Shown: positions 14,115-26,553 of the stretch, in pieces
How the letters are laid out: every line of letters begins with the position of its first letter
Position numbering within the stretch: the stretch's first letter is position 1
Translations under genes and position numbers: made by a program
NCBI GenBank assembly: GCA_023213395.1
Contig: CM041465.1
Location: 251,293,741-251,357,740 of the forward strand
DNA length: 64,000 bases
DNA from: Cycas panzhihuaensis
Taxonomy: Eukaryota > Plantae > Cycadophyta
Reading direction: 5' to 3'
The notes under the pieces: model-generated
What the model saw: the letters and a program-made list of their open reading frames with translations, nothing else
Database searches by the model: none
Told to the model about the DNA's origin: nothing

Positions 14115-14810
14115 TGAAGGCTAGTCAAATACCTCGATGGTCCATTACATCAAAAATATGTAGCGTCTCTTCCAACTGCAATGAACCTCGGAGTCGACCC
14201 ATCATTGCCTTATCTACTAAACTTGCAATCATAAGATAACGGTGGTGCACAAAAAATTTGTAGCAAAGAATAAGACACAACAATGGTAGAACCCTAAAAT
14301 TTTTAGGATTAATATTATTTTGAATGGATTAATATATATATTTTTTTAGCAGACGTTAATTTTTAAAAAGGGTGTATATTTTTTTTGTAAATTTAAAAAT
14401 GAACTTAATCATATTGTATAATTTTTTAGGTTTACCTAACCCCCTAGTTCTTCATCCCCTAGTTACATGGAGGTGCTACATGACTAGTTGCTAGCTAACA
14501 AAAGGGGTTAAGACCCCATTCTTCACCCTTTATGGAGTCCTTATCACTGTTTTGACTATAACTTAAGCTAGGAGGCTCTTTTTTCAGTCCCATCAATTGC
14601 GTTGGATTTGTAACTGAGAGATCTTTCATTTGGTAGGTTACTAAATAGTATTTAGAGTTGTTTTGATATAAAAATTTTATCTCAAAGTCAAAAGTTTCTT
14701 TTAAACTTTTATTTTTCTTCATTATTTTTGCTTCTTCAGGCATATACATGTATTTTTAAAGGTTTTATAATATTTGTTGATATGATGTACCCAAAATGGA
14801 GGGGATAACA
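14115..14810. mobile_element. Probable solo LTR
   Basis: TGAAGG...GATAACA boundaries with a possible TSD TGTAT/TGCAC (two transitions). The terminus CCAAAATGGAGGGGATAACA recurs at the LTR end at 36509-36528. Confidence 0.45.
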
Positions 14811-15899
14811 TGCACTAAGATCTTATTTTTGGCTCTAAAGAACCCATTTTGAACTTTATTATATGAGAGATTCATTTGTATTATACTTGAGTCACATCTA
14901 TCTTTCAAGTCATGTATTAATATTTATTGTTGGATTTTTCACCCATGGTGGCATGATGTAAGCCTAAAGAGGCATGTTTTTAGCCCATGAAGGCAATTTA
15001 TGGACATATAGCCCTTTAAAGACTACTTACATTTCCTATTTAAGCAAGAGGTAGAACCCATTTAGTTATTCTTGCTAGTACTAATTGAACCATGTATGTA
15101 AAGGAACATCTTAGTTAGCTGTTGATCATAGTGGCTGAGTACCCATGTGGTTTGGTGGATAGTGCTATCTTCATATGGATATCAGTAGCTGATTATATTG
15201 TTGTAGAAAATTATAATCCAACTTATTTAAAGACTTGACACTTTCCATTTAAAGACACCTTACATTTTCTATATAAGCAATAAGTGAGACCTCTTTATAG
15301 TTATTCATACTGGTATTGATTGAATAATGTACTTAAAAGAAGTTCTTACTTAACTAATAGTTGTAATGGTTAGTTACCCATATATTCCAGTAGATGGACT
15401 TCACTTCATATGGACATTGATAACTAATTATATTATTACAGCAACATATAATCTAGCATTCATTTGAAGACTCAATACTTATCATTTGACATGATATTTT
15501 ATTATGTAATTAACTATTATAAGGGAGAAATGTTAGGTGTAATACCTAATCACATAATTACCCTCATGTGCACTCTCTCTACATTATGTGTATTTTGTAT
15601 TTGAAGTTGAGCCACATAGAGATGTGTGCTACCTCTAGATTGACCAATGAGGTTCTCTCAATGATGGTGAGCTTATACTATAACTATGCATATTATCATT
15701 CATTCCAATTTGAGTTTTGGCCATTTCTCCATATCTTGTGTTTATTTGTACATATTTCACCTTATCCGAGCTTCATTATTATATCTTTAACTCACCATCA
15801 TGTTTCATTTTTATGTATTCATAGCATATTCAAATTATAACATGGTATTAAAGCTTTGTATGCTCAAACACTAATATTATGATATGACAATGGGAAGAT

Positions 15900-17680
15900 A
15901 TGACACTATAAAACCAAGCACATTTGCATGTGTTCTTAATGGAAGTAAAGACCAACTATCTTTTCAACTCATCAAGGAATAAGGAATTGATCATTATTCT
16001 CTTTTAAGTATGTATTTATTCCCTTTAGTCAATATTAAAGTAGGATTTTCGAATATAGTATATTATATTTTTTAGTAGTCACGTTTATTAATAATAATGT
16101 AATATTAGACTTGTCAAGAGTTGTTTATATGTGCATAAATATGTTCTTGTTTCTTAGTGGTTCTTATAAGATTCTTGATATATGATCATCATTAAAATAT
16201 ATGTTAGAGCTTACTTCTTCATGAATTCTTCACATGAATTCTCATTGGTTGTATTTGATGTTCCTTAATCTTACATATATTTTAATTTTTATTGTGTTAT
16301 TATAGTTATTCTAGTTGTATTTTCACATATGTTTATCTTATACTTTTAGTTCTTTTTTTTTATATTTATTATTAATATGGTTGGTTCATCAATTTAGCAC
16401 TATTAATATCCTATCCTAGTCTTCTTATTTAGATATTATTCTCATGCAGGTTGAGGTCAGTAGTGCTCTATATTATGTTTTACCAAATTTTAGTTACACT
16501 TGAATTGTTAGCATCCAAATGTCTAATTTTAGTGATTAACAAGCATATTACACACATGTTTTATGACCCTACTTGCTTTATTTTTTATTATTACTTAGTG
16601 ATTACATATATGAAGATAGTTGATATTTGATCTTGCTCTTTATATTCGAGTGATCCTAATATTTTTCAATACTTTTGATATCTTTTTCTCCTTAAAGTTG
16701 CATCCTTACACCCTAATGAGTAAGTTCAAGTATATAGATATTTGATAAAATATTCACATCCAAGTCATATAGCCATTTTTTACAATGTATTACATCATAT
16801 CTACTAATATGGAGTATGCTAAAATTTATGTTATCTTGATATTCTTAAATTATAACAAATACTTATGGAATATGTTAATCCCAAACTTGTTTGGGTTTAC
16901 CATATACACATTTAATATAATATTCATATTCTATAGTAGATATAGAAAGGTTGAGCTTCTTGCAGAAGTTTGTAATGCATCTATTATTTATAAGAATTAT
17001 GTCTTCAATCCCATTGAGTAATTCTCTTATAAAAAAGAGGTTAGTGTTCATAAAATCATCTTCATAAACCTTCATATTTATCATCATATTATGATCTTCT
17101 TCATGATCCTATGAACACATATTATTTGGTTCATCTTTAGTTTAAATTACCTAGGACAATTGTTTAGAAGGTTCTCCTTATTATCCTCATTTTCCCTTCA
17201 CGAGAGCCTATATTAAGTAATCAATTATCCTTTTTTAGCATAATTGAAATATTTATCATTATTGTTGCTATATGGCTTATCCTTTATAAGGATAAGATTC
17301 TTATTTTATCAAAATTTTCATATACCTTTAGAGAAATTGATATTTTTATTTATCATTTAAAAATTGTTTACTTTTGAATGTCTTTTTTTAGGGTCTCCTA
17401 TGTTTTATGTTACCTTAAGGTTTATTGCTTTTTCTAAGGCATTCTAAAAAATAATGGGTTCTGCTATGGTCACTACATTCTTGATTGGGTAACAAAGTCT
17501 TTGAATAAAGTGATATACACTACGAGGAATTGATATATTAGGCATCTTGTGAAAATATCTTCTATTCTCCTCACATAGTCTCCCACTAATCCAATATGTG
17601 TAGTATATTTCATCTTTATAAGAGCATCATATCGATAAAATTTTGTTGCATATTATTTATCTATCAAGCTCTTCATTTCA
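15900..17680 (-). pseudogene. Highly degenerate Ty3/Gypsy gag-protease-RT remnant
   Basis: Minus-strand GLVGDYVRRIEDIF (gag-like, ~17.57 kb), LFFIRELLNGIEDIILINNRCITNF (aspartic protease D[S/T]G..NF-like, ~17.0 kb) and YFNDD (~16.19 kb). Confidence 0.5.
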
Positions 17681-18203
17681 TCTTATTGTGGACCTTACAA
17701 TAGAGGAGCTTAATTATTCAACTATCAAGTGATATATAAATAAAGATATTGGAGTCTTCATGATATTGACTTTAATCTTTAGAGTGTATTTTTCTTTTGG
17801 GTTGCATTCTTTTTGAAGTAGTTCTTAGACTTATTTTTTATCAACTTTTTAACTATATTTTCTATTTAAGTCATAAATATTTATAATTAGTAAATTTATC
17901 TTACAACTCAAAGCCTTATTACTCATATCTTCTTTATTCACTACAATAAATTAAATTTTCTTCATTACTAGCATCCCCAAAGATATGAAGGGATAATGAT
18001 TAACATTAAATAAGGTAAATTTAAGTCCTTTAGCCATATTTATATCTCCCTTTTCCATATAAACCATTTATGGAAGTGGAAACTTTTCATATTAACTTGT
18101 TTTAGGCTATAATTCACTATTAGGTTTAAATTTACTATTGTTATTAGGAAAAAGGGAAAATCGATGCTCAAACATCATTATGGGTTCTCTAAGAGAGTAA
18201 CTC

Positions 18204-21200
18204 TAAAGTGCTCAAATACCATGTGTAACATCTCTTATATAATAAATTGAAGATGGAGAAAGCAAAACTTAAGGATAATGCTTTCAAAATATAGCTAAAA
18301 TCTACTAGCAAGGGTAGCAATGTGTATATTTTGAGAAAGGCTAAAAACTACTAATAAATAGGATGGTATAAATGTTGAAATAACTCCTATGATTGCTACT
18401 CTCTTTAAGGCAAGGTCCCCTCCAAATAGTGTAGCCCTAAAGGTGAGTAAGCAATAGCCCTGAGGCTGAAGTTATAGCAGTCCAAACTCAATTATGAGAT
18501 GCCTTAAGCTAGGGTTAAATAACCCTTTATATAGGTGGTTAAATGGTCATGAAGAAACTTGTCAAGGTTAAGATGGAAGTCAACTAGGAGGAGTGCTAGA
18601 AGTCAGCTAAAATAGGAGTAATTTAATTAATAACAAGTCAACCAAAATATAGGCTTTAAAGTCAACCAAACTAGGAGTAAATTAGCTTACAAGTCCCTCC
18701 CCTCAAAACCTACTTGCCCTTAAAGCATAGGTAAATTTAGGTGTTATTATATCCATTCTTCTAATTCCTATATTATGTCTTCTAAGTTTAAAGTTTTCCA
18801 CTTGATGAGGTATTCTTTGGCCTTCTTAGATCGTAATTCTTTTATTTGTATTTGTAAAATTGCTCGTGGTTCAATGGTAATTTTTCCTTCTTCATCTAGC
18901 TCAAGGACTATTGTTTGAGGGGTTATCCTTTCCCCTACCTTCTTTTTAAGGTAAGATACATGAAAAGCATCATGTATATTGCTCTCTGGTGGTAATGTTA
19001 ATTGATAAGCTACTTCCCTAGATTTTTTAATAACTTGATAAGGTCCCAAAATTTGAGGTGCTAACTTTTTCTTATTTGTTTGTTTTATTGATGATCGTTT
19101 ATAAAGTTGGAGTTATAGAAAGACCCAGCCTCCTACTATGAAGCTCCTTTCAAATCTTTTAATGTTGGTTTACTACTTTATTTTATTTCTTATTGCATTT
19201 AAGTTGTCCTTCAAAGTGTGTACTATTTATTCCACCTATTCCTGTTATTCATGTATTGATTGTACTTATGATACTTTTGTTTGCATGAGTATCAACAATA
19301 GCTCATACACATATAATACCTAGAAAGGTGTCATTTTTATTATTGTATGATAAGTGGTGTTGTATCATCATTTGACTAAATGGTGTTATCTATGCCATGG
19401 AGTTTGCTTATTAGAAAAAAAGTTACCTTAAGTATCATTCTAAGCATTTATTGACTACCTCTAACTAACCATCTGGTTGTGGGCGGTATGCTATACTCAT
19501 ATTTAACTTTGTTCTCACTAATTTGAATAGATCTTGCTAAAAATAACTTATGAATTTTAGGTCACGATCACTAACTATAATTTTAGGAAACCCATGTAGA
19601 TGATATATCTCCTTCACACATATCTCTACTAGCTAACTTGCTTTTGTTATTGATTGTGTGCCCTTGAGATATGTATATTTAGTTAATCTATCTAGTACTA
19701 CAAAAATTGTGTCTTTTCCTTCATATTATGGAAGTTTTATGATAAAGTCCATTGAGATTTCTTCCTATTTCTGATGTGAAATAGGTAATGGCTGTAGCAA
19801 TCTTAGACTTGTTACCTGTTCACTCTTGTTTTGTTAGCATGAATCACATTCAAATGCATACTTAAGAACATTTGTTTTTATTCCCTTTCAATAAAAGGAA
19901 TTTCATATCTTTCGATATATTTTATCTATTCCTATATGACCTATTGTTGGTGCTGAATGGGCTTCTTCTAATATGGTATTCTTTAATTTAGAAATCATTG
20001 AGATAAATATTTTCCCTTTTCTTAGAATTAATTCTTCTTATAATTCAAATTTAGAAGGTTTTTGGTCCTTAAACTCTTTTAATATCTTTTACAAAAGTGG
20101 ATCTATCTTACATTCTTTGATTAATTCTTAAATCCATCTGAGGGTGGTTATTGATATTGCTTTCAATGAAACTTCTTTATTGTTGTCCCTAAGTAGTCTT
20201 GATAGAGCATCTATAATGACATTCTCTTTATCCTTCTTATATACTATATTAAGATCAAAGGTTTGAATCTTGCTAATATATTTTTATTGTTCATCTAATA
20301 GTGTCTTCTAATTTAACAAATATTTAAGACTGTCATGATCTCTTTAAACTATAAACTTATTCCCTAATAAGTACTACTGCCATTAGTGTATGGCATGTAT
20401 GATTACCAGTATTTCTTTATTATAAATAGGTTTGAACTTCTCCTTATTATTTAATTTTTAATTTTCATAAGTAATCAATCATTTATTTTGAATTAGGACT
20501 ACCCCTATTCTAAATCCTAAGGTGTTGTATTCTATAATGAAATGTTATGAGAAATCTATGGTTACTAAAACTTGACCCATGACCATCGCTTTCTTGAGTT
20601 CCTTAAAAGCATTTCCTACTAATAGATTCCATGTAAAAGCATCTTTTTTGTGAGGTCCATTAATGGAGATGCAATGTAGGCATATCATTTTATAAATTTT
20701 CGAAGAAATCATGTTGCTCTTAGGAAGCTCCTTACTCCTGTCATATTTTTCAATACTGGCCAGTTAATAATGACCTGAATCTTTTTTAGATCTATCTTTA
20801 TTCCTTCCTTTGTGATAATGTGACTTAAATATTCTATTTCTTCTTTCCCAAATGTACATTTCTTCTTATTTGTATAGAATTAATTGGTCTGTAAAATTTA
20901 TAGTACTACTTTAATATGGTCTAAATGCTCCTCCCATGTCTTGTTATATATTAGAATGTCATCAAAGAAGACTAGTATAAATTTTCATAGAAATTGATTA
21001 AGGATCGAGTTCATAGTGCTCTAAAAAGTTTTTGGGATATTTGTCAATCTAAATAGCATGAATTTGAACTCAAATAGTCCCTCATGAGTATGAAAAGTTG
21101 TTTTGTATGTATCTTCCTCTCTAATATGAATCTAATAATATCCTAATTGCAAGTCAAGTTTTAAAAAATATCATGCTCTATGTATTTCATCTAATAGATC

Positions 21201-23766
21201 GTATATTCATTGGATAGGATAATGATTCTTTACTGTTAATTTGTTTAAACCTCGATAATCCATACACATATGATATGACCCATCCTTTTTGGGATTAACT
21301 ATGACTAGTGATGTAAATGGGCTTGAACTAGTTATGATATATTCTTGACTTAATAATTTCCTTATGATATTTTTAATTTCTTACTTTAGATGATAGGGAT
21401 ATATGTAGGGCTATATATTTACTGAGGCTATTCTAAGTACTAGCTCAATGGAATATTGACAATCCCATTATGGGAGAAGCCCTTGGGTTTTTCAAATATT
21501 GCTATGTGCTTATCTATAATCTTTTATACCTTAGTTGGTACATCTTATATCATTATCTTATAATATGTTAGTATGTATGCAGATGGATTCTTCTCTAATA
21601 ACTTTTCCATGTGAATGCAAAGATATTAGTTGTACTAAAGGTATAGGTAGTGCCTATAATCTATATTTGTGCCCTTTTTAATAGAAGTATATGAATTAAG
21701 TTATATAGTTAGTAACTAAATTACCAAAGGTCTATTACCATTGAATTCTTAAGACTACGTCTACTCCTCCTATAGGCATTACATACATATATGTATTTAT
21801 TAAATAGTCTTTAATTTAGAGATTCACCTTCTAATAGTAACCTCCACAAGGAGTGTTTTTTCTATTTATGAGGGATACCTTAAAATGTATTCAAGGATTA
21901 TATTTTTAATCTTAGCTTCTTTGCTATGACCTTATTAATAAAGTTGTGAGTGCTACCACTATCCACAAGTATTGCAACTAGAGCTCCTTTGATTATCCCT
22001 TAGAATCTAAGGGTTTGGGATATAACACTTTATATAGTTATGGCTTGTAATAAAATTTGGACATTCTCAATATTAACTTCTAAAGGCTCATCTACTTCTA
22101 TTTCCTCCTATTAGATCTGATTTTCTTCAGCATATTCTTCATATGGTATTTCCATTTCATCATTATTGATCATAAACACCTTCTTCATCAGACATTAATG
22201 TTCTTTATTCCACTTCCATCCACATTTAAAATAAGTCCCATTTTTAAGATATTTGACTCTATTTATTTTAGTCGTGTCTTTTATTGCCACTAATAGCTCT
22301 ACTTTTATGCTTGATCTAGTCTAATTTGGATTGGACCCCTATTACTAGTATGATTTAGTTCTACATATATAGATAGGCTTATTCTTTCTAAATTATGCTT
22401 CTACATTCTTCACATATCAAATTGCATCATGAATATTTAAGGGATTCATATTCTTGATGTGAAATTTGATTATCTCCTTTAATATACTTATGTATGTTTC
22501 CATGATGTATTCAGTTAGTATTTATTTTGGTATTAAACACTGAAGCATTTGGAATTATTTGGTGTATACTTGGACTATTCCATTTTGTTGTAACCTTGTT
22601 AGCTGAGAGAAATATTCAATGTTTTATGAATCTTTGTACTACTTTATTAGACTTGATTTTAGATAGTCCCATGATTTTGGATGGTCCAAATTATTCTTTT
22701 ACCACCACAGGTATATAGATGTTGTCAATATATTTTCTTTATCTAAAAGTTCATATACTTGAAAGTATATCTCCATTTATACTATCTAGCTCTGGATGAT
22801 TTTTCATCTTTCTAAATCAAAATTTTCTAATGTAAATTTGGTTCCCTTAAGACCATGATTCAATTAGGAGTTCTTTTGATTTTGTTGTTTGTAGTTAAAA
22901 CCCCTAATCTCCTTAAATTATTTTATTATCCGTTCTCTTGGTTATCTTGCTCTGGGAATTCTTCATTAGTTTCTTCCATGTCTTGGGGTTTCTCCACTTA
23001 TGATTCACCTTCCTGTAGGTCTAATCTCTTATTTAAGGTTTAAAATGAAGTCTGGAGGATTTTTATGGAAGTAATAAGCTCAAAAGATAAGTGAGATAAT
23101 ACTTCTTCTATCCTATTTCCTTCTTCTTCTATTATTGTTGATTAATGGTTCACTGTCATGTTGGAGATGAGGCTTTTTCCTAATCTTAGTTCTATCCCTA
23201 GAGGATGGGGAATTCAAACTAATTTTCTCAAATTATCTTCAAATTCCTGCTTCAAAATGAAGCTCTAATATTGCTTAAAACGCTCAGACACCACGTGTAT
23301 CATCTTTTATATAATAAATTGAAGAAGAAGTGAACAAAATTAAGGGATAATGCTTTCAAATATATAGTTAAAATCTATTATAAAGGGCAACAATATGTAT
23401 ATTTAGAGAAAGGCTAAAAACACTAACAAATAGGATAGTATAAGTGCTGAAATAACTCTTATTATTACTATTATCTTTAAGGCGAGGTCCCCTCCAAATA
23501 GTGCAGCCCTAAAGGCAAGTAAATAACAACCCTAAGGTTGAAGTTATAACAGTTTAAACTTGGTTCTGAAATGCCTTGAGTTAAGGTCAAATAACCCTTT
23601 ATATAGGTGGTTAAATGGCCATGAAGAAACCTACCAAGGTTAAGTTAGAAGTCAGGTAGAAGAAGTGCTAAAAGTAATCCAAAATTGGGGTAATTTAATT
23701 AGTACTAAGTTAGCCAAAATATAGGTTTTAAAGTCAGTCAAATTGGGGATCAATTGGCTTACAACA
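18204..23766 (-). mobile_element. Degenerate Ty3/Gypsy chromovirus of Reina-like size; LTRs 18204-18691 and 23276-23766
   Basis: ~490-bp direct repeats, PPT complement CCCTCCCCTC just right of the left LTR, GPYQV...FHVS.LKK plus chromodomain EYLIKW (18768-19049), RT and integrase remnants, TSD AACTC at 18199-18203 and 23767-23771. Confidence 0.9.
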
Positions 23767-26276
23767 AACTCAACCCCTACAAAGTTCTCAACACTCATTA
23801 GTAGAAGAAATAACCTTGGTTTGACTCCTTAGTTATACTTGAAGTTATCACACTTAGCTATAGTTATTTCACTTAGCCATAATAATCTTATAAGTTATTA
23901 AATATTGCCACATCAAGCCTAAGGTAGCCAAATCCTCACAAGGAGAGAGATAGGCTTATAAATTATTAAAAACCACTTTGGGTAGCCCATGCAAAGACAC
24001 CCCAAGATTTATTACCTAGATGTAATTACTACAAGCATGGTAGGCCATAAAGGAGAAAATCTTCAAATTTTCTAAGGCTAAAATTTTAAGTTTATTTGAC
24101 TTGGAATGCTACTTCTAATTTTCCCTTAGGAATATTCTAACATTTAAATAAAATATATTGCAACAAGCCTTACTAATTAATTTTGAGGATAAAACACTTT
24201 ATAGAGATGGTTGTAATAATAAGGGTTAGAACTCCATTTGAGAACCTATAAACCCATTACCATAGAATATAATAAGAGATGAAAGATACTTCAAATTAGT
24301 TCATTTGGATTATAAGACCATGCAGATGAAATAGGAGAGTAGTTAAGGGATTTATAATCCTTTATTAAAGAGATCAAGGTAGAACCTAATGTCCTTATAA
24401 TGGAAAATTCCAAGTAATGCTAAATATATATTAGCACCTCAAAATAATCTGACAATAGAGGATCATAAGGTTTTTATTACAATGTGAAGTTGTCAACTTA
24501 TGCCTTAAATAGAGATGTAGATGCAAATAAATAATTAGAAAAAATCATAAGCTTATTTAAAACCCTTAGCATTAGTAATACCCTAGATCAACTAACATTT
24601 ACCATTAAGTACTTATTAGGATATATGCACCTACATGTAATAGGTTGGAAAATGAAGCACCCTAAAATTGAAGTTTTCAAAAAATTCAAGGAGACTTTTA
24701 GGGAATAAATGGAGGAAAATTAGAGGGACCTATACCACAATCAATTAGGTTATTATTTTCTAGAAGATAAGCTAATGTAACAATACACATAAGCATTTGA
24801 GAAGTTATAGACTAAGGTTGGCTCTAGATCTAAAGACGCTTTGCCCTTCTACATAAGTAACTTATGTGATAAAATTTATGAATATGTACACTAGTTTAAT
24901 CATAATATACTTGAGAGTTCTATCTACCTTATTTGTTAGACTAAAGTTAGTTAGGCATTAAGCCCAATCAAATATATTGCAAGCTAGTGAAGATTATTAT
25001 TCATAGAAGACTAGCCCTATAAACTAGTAACTCAACCTCCCAACCTTTAATTTCCAACATACTCATTAGGAGAGAAGACCTAAAGAGAGCAAGAAAAATA
25101 GCACAATGGCTCTACTATGGTTGTAACTTAAAGTAAAATAAGGTACATAAATAATTAGGAGCAAGTCAATGTGGTAAAAATAGAAGATAATTAGGATAAT
25201 ATGTAGGGGGATACATAGATGGATATCTTGGAGGACTAGCATTATGAGGAAGTTTGAACAAATATGACATTGGATGATGTGCACCCTAAGATATTTGTGG
25301 TAGTAATATAAAGTATTTAATAATAAAACACAATAAAGAGATATAAGTATATTTAAAAGTAAATGTTATCGGTACTTATAGGCCTTAAAAACATGCATAA
25401 CTTCATCAACATAAGTGTCATAAGGAGTCTTGGATTCTATATGGAGAAAGATAAACCTTTCAACAAATTAGTGCTAGGTGGTCACTCAATTTCATGTGAT
25501 AAGGAAAGAAGACATTAACAATTTTAGTGTAGTTGGGTGTCATTTTATATAGATTTCTACACACTTAGCATTGAAGGTTTTAATGTAGTACATAGGGCCA
25601 AATATCTAAAAACATTAAGCATATACACCCTCAACCACTCAAAGAAATACATCTATTTCTACATGCATGGTTAGTTATAATAATTATTAGAAATTAATAC
25701 CCCAAGTCCTTCATTATTCTTATGAAAAATATTGCAAACTTACTTCATAAGGGAGACACAAGATTCATAGTAGGGACTTCACAATCTAGGGGTAGGATCA
25801 TAAGGACACATTAGTATCCCATCAATAGCAATAGGTCATTAGACTATTAGACCAATATTAAGAAGTTTATCAAGATCCTTGAGTCACACTCTTTTTTTCA
25901 AAGAGTATGGGGTATATTCTCAAGATAAAACCAAGCAAGGGGTTGATAATAATCCAACCATACATGTATAACCATAAATAGAAGATAGAAACAAAATGGC
26001 TAATGTAATAACTCTTGGATAATAGAGCTATCGCCATTAGTAAAAACCTTTTTATGGTACTAGTAGTCCTTACAAGAAAGAATGATGGATTATATAAGAT
26101 GTATATTGATTACAAGCTGCTCAATAAGATAATGATTAAGAATAAGTACTTAATTCCATGAATGGGTGATATAACCAATAAACTACATGGAGCAATATAT
26201 TTTCTAAAGAATTACCTTTAATTAGGGTATTACCAAATATCTATTTGATCATAAAATATAGAAAATATGATTTTTC

Positions 26277-26282
<6 letters not shown>

Positions 26283-26322
<40 letters not shown>
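26283..26322. repeat. (AT)n microsatellite inside the RT of the + strand chromovirus
   Basis: Direct reading of the sequence. Confidence 0.95.
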
Positions 26323-26324
<2 letters not shown>

Positions 26325-26553
26325 AGGCTTGCTTGAATTTAAGATCATGTTATTTAGTCTTAAATACACCCACAACATACAATCAATGATGAATTAAGTG
26401 TTTATATCATTCTTAAGACTATTTATTATGGTTTTCTTCCATGATATCCTAGTGTATAGTAAAATATAGGATGATCATCTGAAGCACTTAGAATTAACCA
26501 TATAAACACTAAGGAAAATCAAACTTTATAAAAAAAAATTTAAGTGTTACCTT

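Larger units (their letters stand above)
5668..15876 (+). mobile_element. Non-autonomous LTR retroelement, LTRs 5668-6047 and 15531-15876, carrying a nested LINE and a probable solo LTR
   Basis: Clear direct repeats, PPT AAGGGAGAAA at 15521-15530, tRNA-Met-type PBS copies after the 5' LTR, and TSD TTATG at 5663-5667 and 15877-15881. Confidence 0.85.
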
